From Octopus vulgaris (taxonomy: Eukaryota), in NCBI GenBank assembly GCA_951406725.2, contig OX597841.1, positions 14,694,001 to 14,758,000 on the forward strand: a stretch of DNA of 64,000 nt, given 5' to 3'. Position 1 is the first letter of the stretch. The number at the start of each line of letters is the position of its first letter. Of this stretch, positions 12,176 to 24,835 are shown piece after piece. Under the pieces are notes generated by a model. It made no database searches, was not told where the DNA came from, and worked only from the letters and a program-made list of their open reading frames with translations. Position numbers and translations under genes: made by a program.

Positions 12176-12646
12176 CTTATCAGATTTTGCAGACACTACA
12201 GTGCTTGACAGCTTCTTATCTGCATCCTGGTTGCTGGTAGATGCTTCAGTAACATTTGGTACCTCATTCGGTGGGACACTCACAATGTTATTGTCAGACG
12301 TTGGTGCATCTGGTACAGCTTGGACATCTGGGACATCTGTGACATCTGGTACAGCTGGGACATCTGGTACAGCTGGGACATCTGGTACAGCTGGGACATC
12401 TGTGACTTCTGGGACATCTGGGACATCTGTAACATTTGTGACTTCTGGGACATCTGGGACATCTGGTACAGCTGGGACATCTGTGACATCTGGGACATCT
12501 GTGACTTCTGGGACATCTGGGACTTCTGGGACATCTGGTACATCAGTCTCCACATTGTTGTTATCCTTAGACATTGGAGCATTTTCTGCTTCAGGTGCAT
12601 CTTTGTTTTGAGGAGTAGAAGGGGTCTCTTTGGGGTTGTCAGACAT
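12176..12646 (-). CDS. DNAI3: DNAI3/WDR63 first coding exon with acidic DVP/EVT repeat
   Basis: ccag|T-ATG start MSDNPKETP..., 157 codons, AAG|GTGAA donor, in frame with downstream exons. Confidence 0.65.
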
Positions 12647-12899
12647 ACTGGAATTAGAAAAAACATTAAAAAAAACATAAAAAACATAGGTACAATGGGA
12701 GCTATGCGTTTGAAGAGCTTGCTTTCCAACCACATGGTCCTGGGTTCAGTCCTACTTCGTAGCACCTTTGGTGATTGTCTTCTACTACTGCTCTGGGCTA
12801 AAACTTTGTGTGTGTCTTGGGTAGACAGAAACTGAAAGGTGGCGAGCTGGCAGAAACGTTAGCACACCAATGTGAGATGTTCAGCAACAGTACTTTGGA

Positions 12900-13140
12900 G
12901 TAAAGATTGTTTGCCAAGATAACATGGCAGTCCTGGTTTAGGATGAATGTTGCTGTAATTTAGCCCCTGAAGACATTGTCCCCAGCTGGCTATACAACAT
13001 GATCTGTGTCCCTGGCTCGAAAATATAAGGACACAGATCGTGTCGTATAGCCAGCTGGAGATGATGTCTCCTGGGGCTAAATTACAGCAACATTCGTCCT
13101 AAAGCGGGACTGCCATGCTATGCTGGCAAACAATCTTTAC
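12900..13140. mobile_element. Hairpin MITE (~110-bp arms)
   Basis: gtaaagattgtttgcc...gatctgtgtcc / ggacacagatc...ggcaaacaatctttac inverted arms. Confidence 0.75.
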
Positions 13141-13161
13141 CTCAAAATCTATGTATACATG

Positions 13162-13198
<37 letters not shown>

Positions 13199-13338
13199 AA
13201 TAGACAACATATTCTTAATATAAAATAGTGTATATTTAAACACAAGAGAAAAATACCCTTTAACAGGTAATTTTTACACGCTAGAAGAAGCAGCCAAAAC
13301 AACCAAAAGCACAATCTTGAAATAAAACTGAACAATGA

Positions 13339-13439
13339 CATACATACATACATACATATATATATACATACATACATACATACATACATACATACATACA
13401 TACATACATAGATACATATACACATACATACATACATAG

Positions 13440-13470
<31 letters not shown>

Positions 13471-14230
13471 CATACATATATATATACATACATACATGCA
13501 TGCATGCATACATACATACATACATACATACATACATACATGCATGCATGCATACATACATACATACATACATACATAAATCCATACATACATATATACA
13601 CACACATACCTACATACATACATACATTCATACATACATACATATATACATACATATATACGTACATATATACATACATACATACACGCACGCACACACA
13701 CATACATACATACACACATGCATACATACATACATGCATACATACATACATACACATACATACATACATACATTCATACATACATACATACAAACATACA
13801 TTCATACATACATACATACATACATACATAAACAGACATACATACAAACATACATACATACATACACACACACATACATACATACATACATACATTCATA
13901 CATACATACATACAAACATACATTCATACATACATACAAACATACATTCATACATACACATACATACATACATACATACATACACACATACAAACATACA
14001 TTCATACATACATACATACATACATTCATACATACATACATACAAACATACATTCATACATACACACATACATACATGCATACATGCATACATACATACA
14101 TACATACATACATACATACATACATACATACATACATACATGCATACATACATACATACATACATACATACATACATACATACAAACATACATACATACA
14201 TACATACATACATACATGCATACATACATT

Positions 14231-14261
<31 letters not shown>

Positions 14262-14290
14262 ACATACATACATACATACATACACACATG
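13339..14290. repeat. (ACAT)n microsatellite, ~950 bp
   Basis: Direct inspection. Confidence 0.95.
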
Positions 14291-14526
14291 TGTATTCCTA
14301 CATGCACACACATGCTTGCGTGTGTCCAGGTTCAAATGAAGACAAATCGCTATACAACCATGAAAAAAAAAGAAACTTTTACATCGTCAAACATGACTTT
14401 TACACATCAAATTCTTTCAAATTCCGAAACATTCGATAATCTACAGAAATCCAAGATCTACATAAGAAAAAATATATAAGTAAAATAGTAATATTTTGGT
14501 GTGTATTTCATAAGGAACCGGCTTAC

Positions 14527-14620
14527 CTTGTTGTAGCGATTGAAACCTGAAAGCCTTCGTTATGCAGCCATCAGCCTATCAGCGGCTTCCAGTAACGCTA
14601 TTGTTGGTTGCCATGGCAAA
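14527..14620 (-). promoter_or_regulatory. Probable DNAI3 5' non-coding exon and promoter with RFX X-box
   Basis: AAG|GTAAGC donor at 14527/14526; GTTGCCATGGCAAA at 14607-14620 matches 13/14 of the palindromic X-box typical of ciliary genes. Confidence 0.65.
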
Positions 14621-14822
14621 ATGCTTTATAGGAAAACAACTAATTTGTAAACGGCCAAAGAAAAATATAATTAGCTTGTGTTAAAAGTTACCAATTAAAT
14701 AATTAACGAATAATAATTCGTTAAATAAAAATATTCGTTTCATTTGCGGTTTATAAGGAAGCTACGAAACTAAAGATAAAAGTTATGTTTATAAATATTA
14801 AAACTAGCCTATTTTGATAGTC

Positions 14823-14894
14823 GGGGGTATAGCTCAGTGGGAGAGCATTCGACTGCAGATCGAGAGGTCCCCGGTTCAATCCCGGGTGCCCCCT
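14823..14894 (+). tRNA. tRNA-Cys(GCA)
   Basis: 72-nt cloverleaf GGGGGTA/TGCCCCC acceptor stem, anticodon loop CTGCAGA, TTCAATC T-loop, discriminator T, T-runs downstream. Confidence 0.95.
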
Positions 14895-15327
14895 TCGGCT
14901 CGGAATTTATTTCCTGAATGTTTTTAATTTTGTTTTTGTCACGTAATTATATTTGAATTTCGCCTTTGTATTTTCTTTACTGATTAAGTGTGTTGAAGCC
15001 TCTTTTATTGAGAGTCTGCGGAGAGTCATTCTCTTTTAGTGCCTTATTAACACACTCACCGACTCAATTTCCACTCATTTAATATATTCTTTTATTTGTT
15101 TCAGTCGTTTGACTGTGGCCATGCTGGAGCACCGCCTTTAGTCGAACAAATCAACCCCAGGACTTATTCTTTGTAAGCCTAGTACTTATTCTATCGGTCT
15201 CTTTTGCCGAACTACTTTGTCAAGCGATAGGGGGGTGGGCGGAATGCACGTACACATACAAACATATATCATCATCATCATCATTTAGCATCCGCTTTCC
15301 ATGCTAGCATGGGTTGGACGGTTCAAC

Positions 15328-15481
15328 TGGGGTCTGGGAAGCCAGAAGGCTACATATAAATATATACGACGGGCTTCTTTCAGTTTCCGTCAACCAAATC
15401 CACTCAGATGGCTGAGGCTATAGTAGAAGACACTTGCCCAAGCTACCACACAGTGGAACTGAACACAGAACCACTCCTGAA

Positions 15482-15514
<33 letters not shown>

Positions 15515-16900
15515 TCATCATCGTTTAATGTCCGTTTTCCATGCTAGCATGTGTTGGACGGTTTGACTGGGGTCTGGGAAACCAGGAGGCTGCACCAGGC
15601 TCCAGTCTGATCTGGCAGAGTTTCTACAGCCGGATGCCCTTCCTAACGCCAACCACTCCGTGAGTGTAGTGGGTGCTTTTTACGTGTCACCAGCACAGGT
15701 GCCAGAGGAGGCTGGCAATGGCCATGATCAGTTGGTGCTTTTTACATGTCACCGGCACGGAAGCCAGTCAAGGTGACGCTGGCATCGGCCACGTACGGAT
15801 GGTGCTTTTTATGTGCCACCCCAACACAGGTATCACAACTACAATGATACCAGTGCCGGTAACACATCATCATTTAAACGTCCGCTTTCCATGCTGGCAT
15901 GGGTTGGACGGTTTGGCCAAAGACTGGCAAGTCAGGAGGCTGCACCAGGCTCCAATCTGATCTGGCAACATTTCTACAGCTGGATGCCCTTCCTAATGCC
16001 AACCACTCAGAGTATAGTGGCTGCTTTTTACGAGCCACCAGCACGGATGCCAGTCAGTTGGCACTGGCATTGACCACACTCAAATGGAGCTTTTACGTGC
16101 CTCCCAACATGGGTGCCACAACTACAATTTCACTTGGCTTCACAGATCTTCTCAAGCACAACATATTACCCAACAAGTGAAGGGTACTTGGCTTGCCTGG
16201 TCTTCTCAAGCACGGCTGGTCGCTTGTCATTTGCTTCTGTGAGGCCCAACGTTCAAAGGTCATGCTTCACCACCTCATCTCATCTCTTCCTGGGTCTACC
16301 TCTTCCACAAGTTCCCTTCACTGTTAGGGTGTGAAACCTTCTTCAATGCCAGTGCCAACTGACTGGCACCCGTGCTGGTGGCTCGTAAAAAGCAGCCACT
16401 ATACTCTCAGAGTGGTTGGCATTAGGAAGGGCATCCAGCTGTAGAAATGTTGCCAGATCTGAGTGGAGCCTGGTGCACCCTCCTGGCTTGCCAGGCCTCA
16501 GTCGAACCGTCCAACCCATGCCAGCATGGAAAGCGGACGATTGAGTGATGATGTGCTACCGGCACTGGTATCATTGTAGTTGTGACACCTGTGTTGGTGG
16601 CACATAAAAAGCACCATCCGTATGTGGCCGATGCCAGCGTCGCCTTGATTGGCTTCCGTGCTGGTGACATGTAAAAAGCACCAACTGATCATGGGCATTG
16701 CCAGCCTCCCCTGGCACCTGTGCTGGTGGCACGTAAAAAGCACCCACTACACTCATGGAGTGGTTGGCGTTAGGAAGGGCATCCAGCTGTAGAAACACTG
16801 CCAGATCAGACTGGAGCCTGGTGCAGCCTCCTGGTTTCCCAGACCCCAGTCGAACCGTCCAACCCATGCTAGCATGGAAAACGGACATTAAACGATGATG

Positions 16901-16935
<35 letters not shown>

Positions 16936-17092
16936 GTGCAGGAGTGGTTCTGTGTTCAGTTCCACTGCGTGGCACCTTGGGCAAGTGTCTTCTACTATAG
17001 CCTCAGCCTTCTGAGTAGCCTTCTGGTAGACGGAAACTGAAAGAAGCCCGTCGCATACATTTATATATAGCCTTCTGGCTTCCCAGACCCCA
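15328..17092. repeat. Inverted duplication: ~750-bp arms (15328-16073, 16344-17092) around a ~270-bp spacer
   Basis: The same ordered chain of SINE fragments, (TA)n and junction sequences appears in opposite orientation. Confidence 0.8.
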
Positions 17093-17511
17093 GAGTGAAA
17101 AAAATAAGCATTACATTCGACAGAATAATCCAAATGCAAAAAGAGTTTAAACAGGCACAAGAACGGCGACAAATAATTAACACCAAAACAACATCTTTTT
17201 CCTTTGTTAAAGCAGTTTTTATTGGCATGGGGTGGTGGGTGGAAAAGGGGTGGGTCTGATATTTTATTGTTTACAGCATTGATGGAGACAGGCATAGATG
17301 CATGTCCTTAGTGATTAATTACATATTTCCGTCTTCCGCGATAGACTTATCCACTCAAGCGGACAGTAATAAACAGACAGACGCTGTCTGTTACAGGGGT
17401 GGTCAGTTGTTACAGAGATCTGTGATGGCACGTAGCTGTGGTGGTCAGTGACAGACACACTGTGGAGTGGATGTCTGTCCCGATGGTCGAGGCAGCTGTG
17501 GTCGTACATCA

Positions 17512-17601
17512 CTATAGTGGACAGTCGTATATGTGGATGGACTTATCGTCCGAGACGGACACAACCTTGTTCCCTTCTGGATTGTACTTGGCACACCAAA
17601 C
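17512..17601 (-). CDS. WDR61: WDR61/SKI8 last coding exon
   Basis: [29 protein letters not shown]; AATAAA signals downstream near 17220 and 17265. Confidence 0.92.
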   Translation of the reverse strand, partial: VWCAKYNPEGNKVVSVSDDKSIHIYDCPL

Positions 17602-18688
17602 CTGCAGAGAAAAACAACAAAGCACGGAAAATGAGAGAAGGTCGGGGGCAAAACTGGACATTTCAGAGGATTTTCTAAAGTAACCCCTACTGTCTTTGAC
17701 AGTAGGGGGGAGGAGAGTTTAAGGTGTAGTGGCCTGCAGATCACATGACAAGAAACTGAGAGCTTACCTCAGATCAGGGGTGGGGCACCAGGCCATAGAA
17801 AATCTACCTGGGTAAATTCAATCTGCACCATGCGAGCATAGAAAGGTGCATGTTTAAAACAATCACAATGGTGGTGGTGGTGGTGATAATGATGATGGTG
17901 ATGGTGATGATGATGATGGTGGTGATGATGATGGTGGTGGTGATGATGGTGGTGATGGTGATGGTGGTGGTGATAATGATGATGATGGTGGTGGTGGTGG
18001 TGATTTTGGTGACAATGGAAACACTAATCCTCTCTAGTAAAAGCACAAGGTCTGAAATTGGAGTGGGGTAGGGGATAAGTCGATTACATCGACCCTCAGG
18101 GCATAACTGGTACTTATTTAATCGACCCCCAAAAGGACGAAAGGCAAAGTCGGCCTTGGTGGAATTTGAACTCAGAATGTAGCAACAGGTGAAATATCAC
18201 GAACCATTTCGCCCAACGTGCTAACAATTCTGCCAGCTCACCACCTTTAATAATAATAATAATAATTTGTTTCTTTACTACCCACAAGGGGCTAAGCACA
18301 GAGGGGACAAACAAGGACAGACAAACAGATTAAGTCGATTATATCAACCCCAGTGTGTAACTGGTACTTAATTTATCGACCCCGAAAGAATGAAAGGGAA
18401 AGTCAACCTTGGTGGAATTTGAACACAGAACGTAACGACAGACGAAATACCTATTTCTTTACTACCCACAAGGGGCTAAGCACAGAGAGGACAAACAAGG
18501 ACAGACAAAGGGATTAAGTCGATTATATCGACCCCAGTGCGTAACTGGTACTTAATTTATCGACCCCAAAAGGATGAAAGGGAAAGTCGACCTTGGTGGA
18601 ATTTGAACCCAGAACGTAACGGCAGACGAAATACGGCTACGCATTTCGCCCAGCATGCTAACGTTTCTGCCAGCTCACTGCCCTTATA

Positions 18689-18738
<50 letters not shown>

Positions 18739-18767
18739 GTGATAATAATAAAAAACCAAATTCTTAC

Positions 18768-18846
18768 TTGATCACAATGTTCTACAAAGGTATGTACACA
18801 TTGTCTTGAGGTGGCATCCCATATTTTCACTCTGCGATCCGATGAC
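18768..18846 (-). CDS. WDR61: WDR61 exon 10
   Basis: SSDRRVKIWDATSRQCVHTFVEHCDQ; phase 2->0. Confidence 0.92.
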
Positions 18847-19767
18847 CTGAAAGGATATGATACACACTTGTGAAGACCTGTTGAGGCAAGTGAAAATCAA
18901 AATCGAAATCGATCAACATCAATGGAATTTGTAGTTGTGATACCAGTGCCGGTGGCACGTGAGAGAACCATCCGAACATGGCCGTAGCCAGCTACGTATC
19001 GACTAGCCTCTGTGCCGGTGGCATGTAAAAAGCACCATCCGAGCGTGGCCGTTCGCCAGCCTCCCCTGGCACCTGTGTCAGTGGTATGTAAAAAGCACCC
19101 ACTACACTCGCGGAGTGGTTGGCGTTAGGAAGGGCATCCAGCTGTAGAAACACTGCCAGATCAGATTGGGGCCTGGTGCAGCCTTCTGGCTTCCCAGACC
19201 CCGGTCAAACCGTCCAACCCATGCTAGCATGGAAAACGGACGTCAATCGATGATGATGATGATGATGATTGTACGTACATCAATGGAGGTGTAGCTGCAT
19301 GGTTAAGAAGCTTGCTTCCCAATCATGTGGTCTTGGGTTCAAGTCCTGCTGCATGGCACCAAGGGCAAGGGACTTGTATGATAAACCCGAAGGTGACCAA
19401 TACCTCGAGTAAATTTGGTAAACGGAAACTGCATTGTTGAACATCTTCCTTCCATGCTGGGTCGGACAGTCTGATAGGGGCTGGCTGGCCAGGCTGGAGC
19501 CTTCGCCATGCTTCTGAGTGTGTTTTGGCCTGGTTTTTATGGCGTGTAGAAACCCCGCCAAACCAGACAGGGGTCTGGTGCAGCCCTTCAACATACCAGT
19601 CCTGGTCAAACCACCCAATCCACACCAGTATGGACAACGCACATTAAATGATGATGGATGGATGGAGGTCTTTACAAACATAAAAAAAAAAAAAATTCTG
19701 TGTTAGACAGAGATAGAGAGAGGGGGAAAAAAAGGGGCCAAAATGTAAAAAGAGGAAAAAGACTTAC

Positions 19768-19860
19768 CCTGAGACAAAATGAGCATTATCAGGACAGAAG
19801 TCAACAGTGAGCACCCAGGAACCGTGGCCAGACAGGGTCCCGACTAGATTGGCATGTTGT
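19768..19860 (-). CDS. WDR61: WDR61 exon 9
   Basis: [30 protein letters not shown]; phase 2/2. Confidence 0.92.
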
Positions 19861-20494
19861 CTGTAATTAGAGAAACATTAATTAAAGGTAATGAATGATA
19901 GAAGAAAAACAAGCAACAAAACAGTAGATATATATGTAGTGGTGGTGGTGGCGGTCGTGAAGGTGGTGTTGGTGATGGTGGAGGTAGTGATGGTGGTGGT
20001 AGTGAAGGTGGTGGTGGTGATGATGGTGGTGGTGATGATGATGATGATGATGATGATGATGTTGATGATGGTGATGATAGTGGTGATGATGATGATGATG
20101 GTGGTGATGATGGTGATGATGATGATGATGATGGTGATGATAGTGGTGTGATGATGATGATGATGGTGGTGGTGATGATGATGATGGTGATGATGGTGAT
20201 GATGATGATGATGATGATGGTGATGATGGTGATGATGATAATGATGGTAGTGCTGGTTGTGGTTGTGTTGATGATGGTGATAGTGGCGATGTTGGTGATG
20301 GTGGTGGTTGTGATGGTGGTGGTGGTGTTGATGATGGTGATGGTGGTGGTAGTGAAGGTGATGGTGGTTATGATAGCGGTGGCAGTGTTGTTAGTAATGG
20401 TGATGGTATAGTGGTGGTGGAGGCGGTAGCCTAGGGTTAAAATGTCTAAAATTTGATAATTGTCAATTTTTTTTTTTTTTTGTTTTTCACTTAC

Positions 20495-20588
20495 ACATCA
20501 TAGATTTTGATGTGATTATCATCTGACCCAGTGACCAGCAGTTGGGAGTCGGGTGAAAAGCAGAGGGACCGGATTGGCATGGCGTGAC
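20495..20588 (-). CDS. WDR61: WDR61 exon 8
   Basis: [32 protein letters not shown]. Confidence 0.93.
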
Positions 20589-21129
20589 CTGACAAAAGAG
20601 AGAAACAAACAAAAAACAATCAATTTTAAACTTTTCAAATAAAAATAAAGAAGATTGGCTGTGTGGTAAGTAGCTTGCTAACCAACCACATGGTTCCAGG
20701 TTCAGTCCCACTGCGTGGCATCTTGGGCAAGTGTCTTCTGCTATAGCCTCGGGCCGACCAATGCCTTGTGAGTGGATTTGGTAGACGGAAGCTGAAAGAA
20801 GCCTGTCGTATATATGTATATATATATGTATGCGTGTGTGTGTTTGTGTGTCTGTGTGTGTTTGTGTGTCTGTGTTTGTCCCCCTAGCATTGGTTGACAA
20901 CCGATGCTGGTGTGTTTACGTCTCCGTCACTTAGTGGTTCGGCAAAAAGAGACCGATAGAATAAGTACTGGGCTTACAAAGAATAAGTCTTGGGGTCGTT
21001 TCGCTCGACTAAAGGCGGTGCTCCAGCATGGCCGCAGTCAGATGACTTAAAGAAGTAAATGTAAATGTAAATGTATGTAAGATTGGATTTATTCAGAGTT
21101 TAAACAGGCACCATTACCAGCACTTTTCA

Positions 21130-21690
21130 TGCGACACCTGCACAGTGGCTCTTTGCGTGGCACTAATACAGGTGCTATTTATGTGACACCTGGACAGGTG
21201 CTTTTCAAGTGACACCCTATACAGGTACATTTTATGTGACACATGCACAAGTGCTTTTTTTGCACGACACCTTCACATGTACTTTTTAGGTGATACCTGC
21301 ACAGGTGCATTTCATGTGACACCTGCATAGGTATATTTCACGTGACACCTGCACAGGTGCGTTTCACGTGACACCTGCACAGGTGTGTTTCACGGGACTC
21401 CTGCATAGGTGCGTTTCATGTGACACCTGCACAGGTGTGTTTTACGAGACACCTGCACAAGTGTGTTTTACGAGACTCCTGCATAGGTGCGTTTCATGTG
21501 ACACCTGCACAGGTGTGTTTTACGGGACTTCTGCATAGGTGCGTTTCACGTGACACCTGCACAGGTGTGTTTTACGAGACACCTGCACAAGTGTGTTTTA
21601 CGGGACACCAGCATAGGTGTGTTTTACAGGACACCTGCACAGGTGTGTCTTACATGGCACTGGTGCAGGTGCCTTTTACGTGACACCAGC
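21130..21690. repeat. 26-bp minisatellite (~21 copies) with CACCTGcaCAGGTG core
   Basis: Unit gtgacacctgcacaggtgcgtttcac repeated with variants. Confidence 0.85.
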
Positions 21691-21980
21691 ATTTAGCAGG
21701 GTCACCAAGATGGCTTAATTGCAAGACAAAGACTTCTCAGCTGAGAGAAGGAACAGAACCAAGATAACTGGCTATGAGCCAGGTGAGAAGTCAGAGAATC
21801 ATTGAAGGACAGAGACAGGTGTCTCACTGCAGAGGGTGGGGGCTGGTTTTTAGCTCAATCTCAACATCTCAATCTCAATGCAGCAAGGTTTTCGCTAAAT
21901 GTACAACAGAGCTTCTTTGGTCCAATTCGACCCTAACTGGGGGAAATGCAGAAACGTACCAAGATCTATGTAGTCCTTAC

Positions 21981-22074
21981 CTTCAAGTGTATGCAGCAGT
22001 CGACCTGTTGTTGTATCAAAAATATTTACAATGCCGTCAATAGCACCGCACGCTATATATTTACCATTTGGACT
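21981..22074 (-). CDS. WDR61: WDR61 exon 7
   Basis: [31 protein letters not shown]; phase 0->1. Confidence 0.93.
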
Positions 22075-22255
22075 CTGAAAAATATCAGAAAAAATAAAAG
22101 TTACAAAATCAGGAACAGAAAATGTTATTTACTCGACTCCGAAAGAATGAAAGGCAAAGGTGACCTCGGCGGAATTTGAACTCAGAACACAGCAACAGAC
22201 GAAATACCACTAAGTATTTCGTCCAGCGTACTAACGAATCTGCCAGCTAGCTGCC

Positions 22256-22293
<38 letters not shown>

Positions 22294-22305
22294 TAATAAT
22301 AATAA

Positions 22306-22661
22306 GTGACTAAAACAATACCTGTTGTCATAGGTGCCCTGGGGATGATAGCAAAAGGGGCTGATCGCTACCTAACTCAGATACCAGGAAACCCAAAAAT
22401 GGCAGAAATTCAAAAGATAGTGCTCATGGGAACTGCTCATATCCTACGCAAAATACTTTCTATGTAACCTCAAGTTTTAAAACAAACATAATTAAAAAAA
22501 AATTTTTTTTAGGCATTCACTAGTACAACACTAAATACAAAACCAAATATATGGCACCCTAGGCATAACACCAACACGAACTTCCAACCTGTTGTCTCTT
22601 GAGGTCTCTGGGTGAGACTTGGAGCCAACTTGTACAAATATAAAGCAAAAGTCAAACATAG
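22306..22661 (+). mobile_element. 3' end of an R4/Dong-like (restriction-like endonuclease) non-LTR retrotransposon inserted in (AAT)n
   Basis: KTIPVVIGALGMIAKG...EIQKIVLMGTAHILRKILSM* C-terminal motif plus 3'UTR; (AAT)n on both sides. Confidence 0.75.
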
Positions 22662-22756
22662 AATAATAATAATAATAATGATGATAATAACAATAATAAT
22701 AATAATAATGCTAATGATAATAATAATAATAATAACGAAGCATTGTTTCAACTTAC

Positions 22757-22905
22757 ATATGCTAAGCTGAGGACAAACTTTCCTCTTGTATCCATCGAGC
22801 TCTCCTTTTGTCCTGACTCTACACCAAACAGATTGATTTTACCTGTATGACTACCAGTGGCCAGGTAACGAGAATCAGGTGAGAATGCTAAGGTCCAGGC
22901 ATCAG
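22757..22905 (-). CDS. WDR61: WDR61 exon 6
   Basis: [49 protein letters not shown]. Confidence 0.93.
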
Positions 22906-23574
22906 CTGTAAATGGAAAAAACACAGAAATCCTTTATTGTTTTGTTGTGGGCAGTGAAAGACTGGTGGTGGTGGTGGGGGCAGAGGTTTGACTTAAGAAA
23001 GCTGGGGGTTATATAACACAAGTATGCATGTATCACCATCATCATCATCATCATTTAATGTCCATTGTCCGTGCTGGCATGGGGTGGATGGTTTGACCAG
23101 AGATGGTAAGCTGGAAAGCTGCCGTCCAAGAATTTGGACTTGGAGATCTCCATTTCCAGCGATCTTGAGGACCACCTCCCAGTGGTGTCAGGCGTCAACG
23201 AAGAGCCCTCGACTACAACAAAACAACCAAAGTTTTGTTTTTTACATGGTCTGGGGTCTCCTGCCCCTAAGCCCTACACCATCTCCTAATCACCCTTACC
23301 CGTCTTGTTTCATAACAACAACAACAGCTGGAAAGCTGCACCAGACTTGCATGATTTGGTATGGTTTCTACAGCTGGATGCCCTTCCTAATGCCAAACAC
23401 TCAAAGAGTGTAATGGGTGCTTTTGTGTGCCACCGGTATGGGTGCCAGTTGCGTGACACCAGTATCTGCCATGACTGTGATTCTACTTGGTTTGATGGGT
23501 CAGATATATCATCATCATCACTTAATGTTCATTGTCCATGCTAGCATAGATTGGACGGTTTGAGCAGGGGCTGG

Positions 23575-24260
23575 CACACACACACAGTGGCATATCTATG
23601 TATGTATTTATGTATGTCTGAAAATAATCAAACCAAATGTTCATCATTTCAAGCCACACACCCAAGGAATATTTTGGCCAAATTTGGTGTAAATCTGTTC
23701 AACCGTTTCCCAGTAATTTTGCAAACACACAGACAAAGGCGAGTGATTACAATACCCTGCTTTCACTTATACGCACAGGGTAACAAATACAACTAGATGC
23801 TCACATGCATAACACACACACAGCGGCATATCTATGTATGCATTTATGTATGTTTGAAGATAATCTATCCAAATTTCCACCATTTCAAGCCATTCACCCA
23901 ATGAGTATTTCTGCCAAATTTGGTGAAAATCCATTCAACCGTTTCCCAGTAATTTTGCAAACACACAGACAAAGACGAGTAATTACAATGCCCTGCTTTC
24001 ACTTATACGCACAGGGTAACAAATACAACTAGATGCTCACATGCATAACACACACACACACAGCGGCATATCTATGTATGCATTTATGTATGTTTGAAGA
24101 TAATCTATCCAAATTTCCACCATTTCAAGCCATTCACCCAATGAGTATTTCTGCCAAATTTGGTGAAAATCCATTCAACCGTTTCCCAGTAATTTTGCAA
24201 ACACACAGACAAAGACGAGTGATTACAATACCCTGCTTTCGCTTACACATGCAGGGTAAG
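23575..24260 (+). repeat. ~240-bp unit triplicated in tandem, Helentron/DINE-like features
   Basis: Three copies with ccaaatttggtgaaaatcc motif, CA-microsatellite and a 3' hairpin accctgc...gca(ca)gggt. Confidence 0.7.
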
Positions 24261-24288
24261 AAAGATGTAGATAAAAACTATTTCTTAC

Positions 24289-24375
24289 CAGGATTAGCAT
24301 CGATTCCTTTGGCGAGTTTCCCAGTTTCAAGATCCCAGATTCTGATCTGACTGCCAAGGCTGCTTGAAGCTGCCA
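24289..24375 (-). CDS. WDR61: WDR61 exon 5
   Basis: [28 protein letters not shown]; phase 1/1. Confidence 0.92.
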
Positions 24376-24835
24376 CTTTAGAACAAAGTTAAGGAGACCA
24401 AACATGGAGTAGAGAGGGGTCGGGCATTGAACAAACAAATCGAACCCAGTACTTGTGCTGTTCTAAATCTGGTAATTACTCTATTGGTCGCTTTTTGCTG
24501 AACCTCTATGTGATGTGGACATAAACAAACCAACACCAGTTATCAAGTGGTGATGTAGGCAACAAACACAGATGCAAAAATATACACACATGGACTTATA
24601 CATACATACATATGTATACGCAAAGTTTAGGTTACTTAAAAGATGTTTGTAAAATATCTGAACTCCTCAACACAATTTCACTGCAGATGGAGAAAAAATT
24701 CTCTCTTATAGTAAAAAGTGTAAAACCACCATATCTGCCCAGTGCTGCCCCCTATCAGATTCCCAGACATACTTTAACCTAAAGTTTTGAAAGCTGCCCC
24801 TAAATGTCAGGGGGTTTGTTAAAAGAAAAGGATAC

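Noticed and set aside
13099-14479. Long ORFs of MYVC/HTYI repeats
   Set aside because: Translations of the (ACAT)n microsatellite; the same applies to (TA)n, (CA)n, (GAT)n, (CT)n and (AAT)n ORFs elsewhere.
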